In this document: piece by piece, positions 36,101-47,457 of the stretch
Layout: each line of letters starts with the position of its first letter
Position numbering within the stretch: the first letter of the stretch is position 1
Origin: Amoebophrya sp. A120
Lineage: Eukaryota > Protista > Dinoflagellata
Assembly: GCA_905178155.1 (NCBI GenBank)
Contig: CAJINV010000019.1
Location: 378,475-442,474, forward strand
Direction of reading: 5' to 3'
DNA length: 64,000 bases
Translations under genes and position numbers: made by a program
The notes under the pieces: generated by a model
The model's input: only the letters and a program-made list of their open reading frames with translations
Database searches by the model: none
Told to the model about the DNA's origin: nothing

Positions 36101-38560
36101 GGATGTTGAAACGTCTTGTTTTACGTCAGAAGGGACATCCGGCGCAGAAAACATTTCTCTGTGCATCCGGGCCCAGTCAGTCGCAAACATGACCATGGAG
36201 TCCCCGTCGAAAACGCCGTGCTTATGAACCCGCAAAACGAACCCCCTCATTTGTCATGCAAAATGCGCATAAAGTCCCTCATTTCTCATGCAAAATGCCA
36301 AGTTTGCTCTCTACTGGGGCTGTTATTTGAGGGCACTGCTCGTGTGACAGAGCAAGATTTGGGACGACCTAGTCAACGTAAGAGTACAACTCGAGTCCAC
36401 ATGATGTGCTTCACTTGTTGTAATAAATAAGTGCGATGAAACAAGCTCAAGTGTTGCTGCAGCTGCTGTTACTGCTTAAGCATCTTGTCCTTTAAACAAG
36501 GGGAAACAAGAAGGGTTGGACGCGTTACGCAATCCCATAGTGCTGAGTCAGAATTCCGATCGCAAACCCCGATTTATCCGCAAAGCGTGTCACCCTGATC
36601 GCAGTGAGCGGCGCGTCGGTGTGCCCCGCATCCGGATCCATCACTTGCTTCCCTGCGGCTTGCGGTAAAAACTGGTCGTGCCGATCGCGCTCGAAGAATT
36701 GGTAATGCACGACGTCGTGGTCAAGGTCATAAGTGCTGCTACCAACATTCATGGTCAGATGCTGGGTCACTTGCTCAAATTGCGTCAGCGGCCGGAGGAC
36801 GGCAGGTCTTCTTCCACGTAGGGGAGTAGTGTTGGAGTTGTCAACCCCTTCAGTCTCTTTCGGCAAGGTCACTGCATCAACAAGCGACTTTCGGCCTTCC
36901 ATTTCCGCGCTTGCGCCTGCACCTCCAAAGCCGTTGGCTAAAGTGCAGAACTCCACTGGTACACCCGCGTTGCACAGCTCCACGAGCCTGGGCTGCGGCC
37001 GCAGTTTCTTTTCCTTTTCCGCATCGGAGGTGGAGACAACAGGTTCTGGCTTCTTCTCCTGCTCGACAAGAACCTCGTCGTGTAAAGAACTATCTTTAGC
37101 AGGGTTTGATTTTCCAGGATCATCATTTTTACACCTCTCCTGGGCGGCTTCCTCACCTTCTGCCACGCAGACTTGGTCCTCGGCGCGATCAAGACCCGCG
37201 TCGTGGTCTAGTGTCTCCTCCGGCGGTGCGATGTCCTCAATAACGCCAATGTTCTTGACTTCCGTAAGTTCCTTTGCAGCTGCTTCGCCGGCTTGCGCTG
37301 CCGATTCGTCGTCTAGAGGAGCATCGTCTTGCTCTTCAGCGTCCACAATTTTTGAAGTGGTGAGAAGCTTAAGATCGTGTTGAGACACTTTTAAGTTTTC
37401 ATTTTCATTATCCTCGTCCTTACCTTCTGTAGTGCCATTCTCTACTACATTTTGTTTTTCGGCGTCCTCGCCCTCGACATCATAGATTTCCAAGTCTCGG
37501 TAGCTGTAGCGGCCCGCCAATATGGCGTTCTCAAACGTTACACTCTCAACTGTTACACGAATTTATATATGCAAGAAGGGCAAAAGTGAAAGGAGGCAGA
37601 TTACGCCTTTTGCATTACAGATTTGGAATGGATTCTAGTGCTATTTAGCGCGTCGAGAAGTTGCCATGCGAAGAAGGCTTGATCGCGTGATTGTGAATAG
37701 TGATAGTGTTTTTGCATGACAAATCATGTAACAGTTGAGAATGTAACGATTGAGAACGCCATAGCCAACACGCTGTACTTTGGGATCGCGAGGACTTTCG
37801 CAAGACTCTTGCAGAAAAGGTCATTGGAGCAGGGGAAGTGACCTGATGAAGCCCGGCGCCCTGTCTGCTCGTAGAACCACACCATCGGCTATTGAAAGGA
37901 AAAACCCCCCCTCCCCATATCGAACTGGAAATCTGTGATGCGGCATTTGTGTACACAAATCGGCTTGGTCTTGCGGTAGAGGACTGCAGGCAGATACTAA
38001 GCCGGAGCAGGGGCGTTTTGGTGTAGGCGCCTAGCAAGGCAGGCATATCCTCCGTAGGCCATACAGCATTGCAAATTGACTGCAGGACGCGCCGAGGTTT
38101 TTGGATTTGCCTTCTTGCAATACAGCGACGATTTGTGGTGTCAAATCAGCATCACAAATTTTCAGAAGTATCCCGGTCTGCTATGGGGAGGGGGGATTTT
38201 TCCTCACAATATTGGCACAGCGCGGTTCATGTTGAGCAGGTCGAACGGACTCAGGAAGTGCAATTCCGGCTCGCGCGGGGGAACGCCCAACGCATTCTCC
38301 GGGTCGTCGTCTACAGCTTCGTGCTCGTAGTAGAAGCTCGTCGTGGTAGCACTAGCAGTGCCCTGCGTTATTCTTCTCGCCTCGTCTGGTGCCCGCACAT
38401 TCGTCTCGCCAGACGGAGACGCCATTCCAGGAGTGCCTGCATGACTTCCTTCTGGCACAACGTTCCGAGTCTCATCAACCAGCACGCTTTCGCCGGATGA
38501 TCCCACAGCTACCGAGCCAGCGTGACCCGCCGCAATGGTGTTCTTGAAAAGCGACGACAT
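33166..38560 (-). CDS. BAHD/Transferase-family CoA-dependent acyltransferase (3' end approximate)
   Basis: LSPFDLL; YSVLAGR; PLTAIRVTRF; catalytic HxxxD in AIGILTQHGVFDGDSMVMFATDWA (seen only after removing 36223-36539); TTDDILTAIVW; VPKDYCGNAV; IISSW. Confidence 0.8.
34008..34301. mobile_element. introner, family B
   Basis: TIR; perfect TSD CGGTG; restores YCGNAVASVF. Confidence 0.92.
34485..35453. mobile_element. family A introner enlarged by an internal retroposon-like insert
   Basis: TIR; perfect TSD TCGAT; core matches 22424-22685 outside the insert. Confidence 0.9.
34538..35229 (-). mobile_element. non-autonomous non-LTR retroposon-like insertion
   Basis: 15-bp duplication GGTTTGTCATGCACA (34523-34537, 35230-35244) and T17 at 34538-34554 (poly-A tail on minus); no convincing ORF. 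Confidence 0.75.
36223..36539. mobile_element. introner splitting the HxxxD motif
   Basis: TATG/CATA ends; perfect TSD AGCAC. Confidence 0.85.
37521..37763. mobile_element. introner, family G
   Basis: TATGGCGTTCTCAAnCGTTACA TIR; perfect TSD TTGGC; restores SVLAGRY. Confidence 0.92.
37890..38211. mobile_element. introner, family B
   Basis: TIR; TSD GCCAA/GCCGA. Confidence 0.9.
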
Positions 38561-39094
38561 TTTTGAATACTACAACGGCGCTACTAGACAAATCTATCAA
38601 CAATAAAACCACGCTGCGGAAGAAATGAGAAAATAAGAAGGCAAGCCACGACACCTCATTTTTACATCACACCGCCGTGAGTCATCTAGAAGCGGATGAA
38701 CAGGGTTCAGCGACAGCGAAAAAAAGCTTTGAATTGAGCGACAAAAAGCTACTTCAAGTCTCTGCTAATACTTAAATCAATGCTCATGAAGGTTCTCGAG
38801 CGGTAGGAGCTACATCTACAGTAGGTTGTCAGAAAACATCAGACACGAGGTATCATTACCGAATCGATGTTGCTACTTATTCTTACCAGCACGCAGGAAC
38901 ACCAACACGAATGCCCCGCAGAAAAGGAAGCGCCGGTCGTGCTTCTGTCTTGTTTTTTCCCAAAGCAAAACTGCGTGTAAGGTTCCGTGCATGTGCGAGG
39001 TACGAGATACGAACTATGCGCAAGGACTTCTGCGGACCAGAAGTATCATATCAATCATCTTCAGTGGAAACACAATTTTGTTGCGACGTCCACG

Positions 39095-42000
39095 TCATTT
39101 CGTTTTCTTCAGATCCATCTCATCGTGGGGAACTGCAAGAACGGGCGAAAAAACTTCAGAATCTGTCACCGTGTCCGGCCGACCAGCGGATTGTTGTTGT
39201 TCCTGTAGTGCTGCTGCATTTTTGCCATCCTTGCCAGCGCCAGAGTCGTCGTCTTCATGACCGTCGAGGTCTTGCAAAAACTCGACAATTCGGTCTACCA
39301 TCGAATAATAAACGCCGACTGCGTCCACCCGAGACTCGAGCCACCAGTTGTATTTGTGGTGAGGGTATGAAGCGCAAACAGAATGGATGGCTGTGGTTGC
39401 GGGGTAAAAATACTACATGGAAAAGAGTCAAAACCACCTGCAATTATCATGCCGCGTGGGACATGCTTTGCGGCCCTTGATGCGAGGAGTAAGGTTTGTT
39501 GTATACGCGGCGCAGGCTGCAAAAACGCGGGGCAGCACTTGCCCCGGCATGCTTCTTCGTGAAGGAGTTCTGGTTCTTTCCTCGGACGACTATCAAAGGA
39601 AAATAAAAAACCATGCATCCTGGCGAAAAAGTCCTTTTGCATCTCATTATTCAAAATGAAAATTTCCCCGTCCGCCCCAGACATCTTCACTATTTGCGGG
39701 TGATAGCTGGAACAGTGGCGCAGTAATGTCCCACTCCTGTTGCACTGTTTCTGTCTGGCTTTTGCTCGTATCACCTCCGTGGCCTGCTGTTGCTGTCTTT
39801 GATCGTGTCAACTCCGAACTAGATGTCGCCGTTGTACTAGCCTTCGAGGTGGCAAAGTATTTGTCGCGAAAGGGAAGCAGGTAGTGCACGAACAGTATCC
39901 GCACGAGGGCCACACACCGGGCAAACGCACCGACGAAAATAAAATTGGGGAGTTTGTCGTCTTCAAAAACGTACCCACCCTCGACATTTTTCATGCAGAA
40001 ATGCGGCATGTGCAGAAGGTGTCAGTCTCGTGCGGCTGCTGCTTCCCCTGGGGCTTACTTTCTGGGGATCATTTATTTAGAAACTTGTTTATCATTCCCT
40101 AATCAGGACTAGAAAATGGATTCATCAACATCAAGATGCGGCTGCCACTAGCTCCTAAGAACCACGAGAACAATTATACTGAGAATCGCATTGTGCTCTG
40201 CGCAGCACCCAAAACTTGTTAGCTTGATGTGCTGCAAAATTCATTCCATCCATGGTGTGGGTATGCTTTTACCTAGGATATAGTTCGCACATCTCCATGT
40301 GCAGCACCCCTTTGTACAAGGGAAATTTTTTTCCCGCGACACCAAACAGCCCTTTCGCCATCTATCCTGTGTAAAATATCAAAACGTATCCACTTCAAAA
40401 GAAATAGTCAACTGATGGTGAATTCTGCAATAAAAAAGCGATGATGAAATAGACCCGTTTATTTCACACAGGATAGAATCCGCTCCTGGTTCTCTTTCTC
40501 CGGCGTTCGCCTCGCAAATTCCTCCGAGAGGTTCCAGAATTGCGGCACGCGCTGGATGGAGACTTGCTGGTCAGTTTTCGCTTCCGCAACCGCGGAAGTC
40601 AGCACGCGCGGAAAGTCGAATCCTGTCTCCCCCAGCGGAATAGAGTACCAGCCGTCAATCGAGATCAAGGCTCTTGCACAGGAGCACGGCGCGGCCCCGG
40701 TGTGTAGTTGTTTTTCACCTTGTTCTTCCCGGCGTGAAGCAGCTGTTCCGGAGGGACCAGGAGGAAGTTGTGCTGGTACTACTGCATTCGTCGAAAATGG
40801 TGGCGCAGGTGATGTTAAAGGGTCGCTCTCCGGCCGCTGCGAGAAGAACTTTTGCAGGCAAACCTGCGCTGTGGTGGCCCCGTAGCTGAAGCCCGCGAGG
40901 ATGGGTTTCACGGGCTGTCTTTGCTTTATTTGGGATTCTTTCCCCGGCGCATTTTTGAGATTCCCATTTTCATCGCCAACAGCCACCTCCTCCTCTTGAC
41001 GTGCACTACCACAGTGAAAAATTTCGTACCGCTTTTCCAGATATCAACTGCAAAAGTGTCTGGGTCTGGAAGATTGCAACTTGTCATGCTAAATCTGAAG
41101 CATGCAAAAATCTGTGTTGCATGATTACCAAAAGTCGTCCAGTTTTGACCAAGTCGGGAGGGAGTTTCTCATGCAGGATAGGCATGAGAAAGATCGCACA
41201 GAATCTGTCATGCTATGTCCTGCATTCCAGACCTCATGGGTCATGGACAAGCTGCATGACAAATCGCGCATTCTTCCAGACCCAGACATTTTTACATTTG
41301 ATACCAGAAACTTCCAGGCCTCAAACATTTGCTGCGCCCGTTGCTCGCACCGTTTTTCCCGCCAGTCGACACAAACTTCGTGAAAAATCCGCGACTTCGC
41401 TTCTTTGGGGGCTATTTTTTCATCTTCCGCGCTGGTCGTGCACCGCCTTTCCACTTCCTCATCTATCTCGCTGTCGCACCGGGTGAAGGGGGCGAGCTCG
41501 AAATCAATCCTTTTCCGCCTTTATACAGCGCAAAAATGATCAACATTGTGTGGTTCTGGAATGATTTTTGGTGCTTCTTTTGGTTGCGTTTATTTTTAGA
41601 GGAAATTAGTGCAAGTTGACCAAAATACTTCATTTGCGTCATGCAGGAAAAGCGCCGCGGCCTCAAATCCGCAATAAGCACCATAAGGGGGCGTTTCAAA
41701 TAAAACCTGCCATACTAGGTGCACTTCCACTTGCTCCACGGAACATCCACAATTTCGCATCAAAAGTTTCCAGACCCAGACGTCGCATTTGCGCTGGATA
41801 ACTTTCCACTCCCTCCGTCTACGGTCCAGACTTGGCACGCAGACCCCTCGGTGTGGTGCAGTGCGAACACTCTGTAACCGTGGCTCGCTTGGTATCACAC
41901 AGAAAAACGCTGTCTGAAATGAATATGTTGCCATAAATGCATCATGTGAGCAGGGCTTCTGGACAACTGCTGACGTGGTCTTTACGCTATTCAACAGGAT

Positions 42001-43317
42001 GCCACAGGACTTTGTGTGCTACTTATGTCACGACCACGACGTCCACGTGCGTATTAGAATGTGGTATCAGAACCAAACATCTTGAGAATAATTTTTTTCT
42101 GAAAAATGACATAACAAGTCAATCCTTGTTTTTATACTTGTCTTCCGTCTATCCGGCGCGATTGTGTTTTTCTGTATCATACCCACTTATCCAGTGCAAA
42201 TATGTCTGAGTCTGGAAGAATACAAGTTTGTCATGCTGCATTTGGATTCAAAAAAAATCTGTATTGCACGAGTAGCAAAGGAAATGCAATTTCTGCGACA
42301 CTGAGAAGGCATTTGTCATGCAGAATAGGCATCAAGAAGCCGTGAAAAAATTTGTATTGCTTGGGTATGCATCACGGACATCGCGGCTCATTCAAAACGT
42401 GCATGACAAGTGTCAGAATCTTCCAGACCCAGACATTTTTACAGTTGATACCACTCCGCATGGAGCAAAGCGTGCTCGTCGGTGGAGGCGGTGATATGGA
42501 AGTGTCAGGATCGAAATCGATAAAGTCGAAAAATTTGTAATGCATAAAATGTAGCGCACGCAAGGCCTGTGTTGGGGAGCAGGCAAATGAGACCGGTTGT
42601 GCGCCTGTTTAGGGGAAGGCGATGCGCTGCCAGAGTAGCATGACAGGAGCAGTCATCTTTGACCAAACAGCATGACAGACTGGATGTTGGTGCTCCCGAA
42701 ATTTGTCATGCGCCACTTGACAGCTGAGCCTCCAGCTCGTATAAATTTTACGCATCACAAATTATTTCGATTTTGTTGATTTCGATCCTGACAGCTCCAT
42801 AGGTGAGGCCGTGCGAGTAGAGAATCCACTTGTCCGAAGAGCCACTAGCGGGACACTCGGACTTGAAATACCGTGCCTGCCAAGCGGGTAGGAGGTTAAA
42901 AGCTGGAAGCGTGAACGACAGGAAGGATAATGCGCCGCCATCAAAGAAGGAACAGCATTTTCGCCTGCATTCGGCGGAAAGGAAGTCACTTACTAAGTTG
43001 CAAACGAGAGCGACGGAAAAGAGACACATCCGGATGACGTCGTGAAACAAAATGCGCTTCAAGAATTTTTTCCACTGTGCGTCGTCTTTAGTCGCTCGCA
43101 AACTTATGCGTCCGGCACCAAAGCTCACGATCCAATACTGCCCGTCCAACATGGTACACCAGTCCCGCACGTGTTTCGCCCGGTGCGTCTGCAGCCTCGC
43201 GGCCCGCGCCGGGAGGGGAAAGAAAAATCGGTAGGGAACCCCCTGGTCTGTCATTCCCTCCTCTACCCCAACAGGGTAGCGGCCCGTGTTCTCGCGGATG
43301 CGCCCAGAAAACATCAT
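39095..43317 (-). CDS. PAF-acetylhydrolase-like alpha/beta hydrolase (ends approximate)
   Basis: ILYSHGLTAS; AEWASHGYRVFALHHTEGSA; nucleophile LAGFSYGATTA; LISIDGWYSIPL; FWNLSEEF; YKGVLHMEMCEL, after removing seven elements. Confidence 0.78.
39955..40280. mobile_element. introner, family C (diverged)
   Basis: AAAA..TACCCAC inner TIR; TSD AACTA/AACTC. Confidence 0.75.
40363..40475. mobile_element. minimal introner (113 bp)
   Basis: TATCCTGTGTnAAATA TIR; TSD GATTC/GATGG; frame restored. Confidence 0.78.
41042..41303. mobile_element. introner, family A
   Basis: TIR; perfect TSD TCTGG; near-identical to 53686-53947. Confidence 0.92.
41522..41800. mobile_element. introner, family A-like
   Basis: TATnCAGCGCAAA ends; TSD AAAGT/AAGGC. 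Confidence 0.75.
41893..42181. mobile_element. introner (TATCACACAGAAAAAC type)
   Basis: TIR TATCACACAGAAAAAC/TATGATACAGAAAAAC; TSD diverged GTGGG/CCAAG; restores EWASHGY. Confidence 0.72.
42188..42450. mobile_element. introner, family A
   Basis: TIR; perfect TSD AGTGG. Confidence 0.9.
42495..42801. mobile_element. introner, family D
   Basis: long TIR; perfect TSD TCACC; restores SHGLTAST. Confidence 0.9.
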
Positions 43318-44780
43318 GGAATGAAATCAAAGTAGAGATCAAAAAATCTTTCGTGCGGACACGCAGAAGTAGAAAGAGAAGAAGCAAGAGGCAACGCTTT
43401 GTCGTAATTAGCCAACGCGATAAGAATTAATCCGCTTCTAGATGAACGACCAGCAGAAGTGTAGTCAAGTTCGTCTGCATACTCGTATCCGGTAGCTCTG
43501 CGAAGGTAAGAAGGAACCGGGAACTGTCTTGATCTCATGCGGAAAGAAAATTCAATCAGCCGTCGAGCCTTGATCTTGTGACGGTAGGTCGTCTATATCG
43601 TCCTGTAGAAAACTTAACTCCAGCAGAAGGAGGCACTTGTACTGTTGTACTCCTACTCAGGAAAGAAAATAATTTGGCACGATCCCCATTATCATGTGAT
43701 CTCTGCGACGCGCGATCTGTGGGGTCGGCAAGTAGGAGGAGGAGTCACTGGTAGGAGGCACTGAGCCAAAAAAGCAGAGCTGCTGTTCTATGCCAAGCGA
43801 AGCGTTTCTCATCTTGCTCTTTCACGCTTCGCTTTATGTTTCTCGTGGTGGGCCCAAGGGGACACGATTAAAATCTCATCTGCAAATCCTTATTTAATGG
43901 GAGAGACAATAGCACGCTCGTCGGCCCGTGCATTTTTGTAAAAAGGAACCGACATTTATTGCTCGACCAGTATTGAACCGCCGTTGGAGAGCAAATCTCA
44001 AAACTACATCAGGGATGAACTAGAAGTACTCCAGCCTGAAAAAACAGTCTGACCAATAAGATAGCTCCGTTTTTGGGAAAAAAGGGAACACAGGTATTCA
44101 GGTCTTTCCTCTCCTGCGAAAATCGTGAAGCCGACGCAAGAGGAATTTCGCATCTTCTTTCACTGCGGGGTATAAATTGTTCCTATCACGTGGAGGGGAG
44201 TGTGAAGTGGGTTACTAGGTCCTGTTTCACTTTCGTGCCTCGTTCTTCTTCGGAGGTTGCGTCCTATTTCTTTAGAAATTGTGTATACACGACCTTCTGC
44301 CGCGTCGTGTCCTTGCTTCGCCGCAAAACTAACATGCAGATGCACAACTACACACTTTTGACGTCGAGAAAACTTCCTTTTGACATGCGCAACCACGTTG
44401 AAGACCCGAATTCCCATCCAGCCACACCCCGCCCGGAGTACGGAGTTCTCAAGTAGAGAGGCGGTGAGAGAGATGGTGACAGATTCAGAGTCAACACTTT
44501 CGACATCAACGCACGTCGTGTATTTCTCAAGGTCAAGCTCGCTGGCGTCGTGACTGTTGAACAAAATAAAGCGCAATCATACATAGATGCTATTTTTCAA
44601 GGTTGGGAGTCAAGAGCGCGAAGCTTTCGCTTTGTTTTGTTGTGAGAAAAAAATACTTATTAGGAAGGTGACTCTAAACGCGACTTTGAAAAGGAGAAAC
44701 AACGGAACCGCGTAAGGAGCCCGAGCGTTTCTGAAAATTGCGCAAAATGACTTGTTGAAAAGCCACGGAACTCCATCAAT

Positions 44781-46540
44781 CTACGGTCCTCCCGGTAGTT
44801 CCTCTAGTATCATCATCTTCTTAATCATGTTCCCATGTAGCTTTGACGATCTGAACGCGCACAGCTGCCCCCATCGGGGCATCATGGGTACCGGAGTCAT
44901 CTTCTTCATGCGTTAAATCGCCTTCGCCATTTGGAGAAGCCACGGCATCTTCCTCCTCAATGAGGCCCCGCGCTTCGCCCTCACCGGATACCGAGGTGGA
45001 CCCAAGATCTGAAGGCCGCCGCTGTGGTAAAGGAATTCTTTTTGCAATTGTTTACATTTTATTCTTGGTTGAGGTTCATCAGAACTTCTCGAAGCGGACT
45101 ACTTACTTGTTTTGACGGACGAGCTGCTGTTTGTACTTAATTTGGTGTTCTTGTGGTCCAAGAAAGTCCTTGTGTAAATAAAAGTTATGCCTTCTTGCTC
45201 CCCTGATCATCCTTAGGTTTAGCTACCAATCATCCGACCGTCAGAAGTTACTATAAAATTCTTACCGAGCTCTTGTCTTGCGTTGGCTTGCCCATTCGGG
45301 CCCTCACAGGCAGACGGAAGAGATGGACGTTCAACCGCAGCTCCAGGCCGCCGGCATACCACTCGGAGCAAACGAGTGGGAAGGTTTGGCTAGGAGAGTG
45401 AAGGCTTTCAATATCCGGAACGACGAGCTCACCGGCGTTTTTTACCACTGCCTGGTATGTTTCTCTTGCCTTCAGTGCCGAGTACAATTGCAGTACACTC
45501 GTCCTGGCGCCAGCATCATCGCCCCAGTAAACCATGTGTGCCTCGTCAGTCGGGCTGCTCCCGGGGTCGATATCTGGGCACCGTGCTTTGATTCTCGAAC
45601 CCCGTTCTGGGGCCGACCACGTGCTTGAATCCACATACTGTTCGCAGACCGTAGCAGTGGGCGGCCGCCGTTCCAGAGCCGACGCCGCGGTCGAGGTGCT
45701 TCCTGCCGGAGATTCATCTTCCCCGGCAACTCTTGCACCTCCATCACGAGAACGGACACGTTCCCGACGAAGACCCGATGCTCTGCCTTGTGTTCCTCCC
45801 GTGCGAGGAGTGCTGCTGCGGGAAGAAGACGAGCGCGAGCGGGGGTTGCGCCGACGCAGCTGTGTGTCTTCGTCGTGTGAGAAATCGGATGCTGTTGACC
45901 TAGTACCTGGCTCTTCACTAGCCTTCGGCACACCTCCTACCAGGCGGCCTCCCCCGAGTCCGTTTTCCAAGGCCAACAGCGCGGCGGTGAGGCTCTTGGG
46001 GTAGGCGGTCTTCGTCCAGGGGTCGGCGCCCGTCACCTCCTGCCACAGTGTGGCAATCAGACTCGCCGAGGGCGCGTCCTCGATGTCTTCTGCGTCTTGA
46101 AGGCGTAGTCCAGTGCTTGGCCCGACATTTTTGTGCAGAAACTTGAGCGCGGACCGAAACGCGTACCAGTCCGATAGAAGAGACTGCGAAAATAAAACCC
46201 CGGAAGGCTGTGCCGGTTTTTTCTTCCGCGTCAAGCCTTGAAGTTCTACAATGTAGCTCTTGTCACCCTCCTGCACATGGCGGAGCAACTCCCGAAACCT
46301 GGCCCTACCCCGGAAAAACGCAGGGCGCAACTGCTCCTTGACGGCGTTATTCCACCCGACACTGGTCGCGGCCAGTGGGCCCGTGGAACGCTCGTCTCCT
46401 AGTAGAGACGCGGCAACGTTATTTTGCATAAACTCATTAGGGCTGGTGGAGCCGGCCGCGCGGCAACGCGACGGCAAAAAAACCGTGAAGACGGCAGCAA
46501 CCGTAAAAGCTGCATACTGAAGTCGAGCGACGCGCGTCAT
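44781..46540 (-). CDS. hypothetical protein with N-terminal signal-like peptide
   Basis: 431-aa ORF starting MTRVARLQYAAFTVAAVFTVFLP; GTAAGA donor near 45265 and an in-frame exon from ~45022; last exon uncertain. Confidence 0.6.
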
Positions 46541-47457
46541 CTTCAATGAATATTGCGAGAGGACGCAGAAAATAGAAATAAATTATTGCAACTGCAGATA
46601 GCTACTTGTTTTGCAAACAAGCTACTTTACTTCATCGAGCTTGTACAACGTCAGTCGACGGCGCTGAACTACTGATGAATTCACTCCTTCAAATTGAAGA
46701 TAAGCTCACTAGTAAAATACTAGTAGACACCTAGTGAATTAGAAATCTCTGGAAATAATCTTCGGGCCGCCAAAAATGTTGTTAGTTTAGAACTTTGTGT
46801 TTGCCTCGTTCGATTGCAGTCGTGGGTGAATTATTATGCGATTCGCACAGAACTTCGATCACTATACACCAAACAAGCCAGCTCTTCTTACCGATAGATC
46901 GCATGATCATTATGACAAAATTTCCCCGTGGAGATCGTTTTTTCACCGGCGTTTCACTATCACGAAAATTTCAACCGAGCTGTCAGACCACTTCCACTGC
47001 GAATTCCGTCGGGATCGGAGCATTTTGAATATCACAATCACATGTTGAAAGTACTTCGACCGAAGGAAAATATTTCTGTCACAGTTCGAGAGAAGCGCGA
47101 GTCGTGGATCTTCTACGAAACACATTCATGGAACTCGGGGATCAACCTTGTTCCTGCTCCTGTCTGAAGATCTTGGCTGAAAGAAATTTCATTTACCGTG
47201 CCACCGACTCACTATGCCACGACAGACATTGACATTTCATTTTCTACTTTTATTTCGATTTCCGCTACTGCTACAGTGTGGCGACTTCTTGTTGTCTGCG
47301 TATCGTGCATGATGCCATCCCTACGAACGCAGTACTTTTTGTTGATAAACGGACTCTTGGTCCACCCAGTGCCAGCAAAAGTTCTCTAGTGATTATATTA
47401 TCACTCGTCAAGCCAGAAACTCTACTTCGTGCGCTGAGGTAGTTCCTTGCACAGCTG

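Noticed and set aside
39366-39649. Possible degenerate element in the lipase 3' region
   Set aside because: No repeat match and the frame is off by one; junction unresolved.
43762-43772. Dinoflagellate spliced-leader relic
   Set aside because: Only ~10 nt resemble the 22-nt leader, which is expected by chance.
44160-44576. 138-aa minus ORF (similarly 1693-2025 and 58238-58606)
   Set aside because: No ATG-supported model or recognisable motif; they could be exons but cannot be supported.
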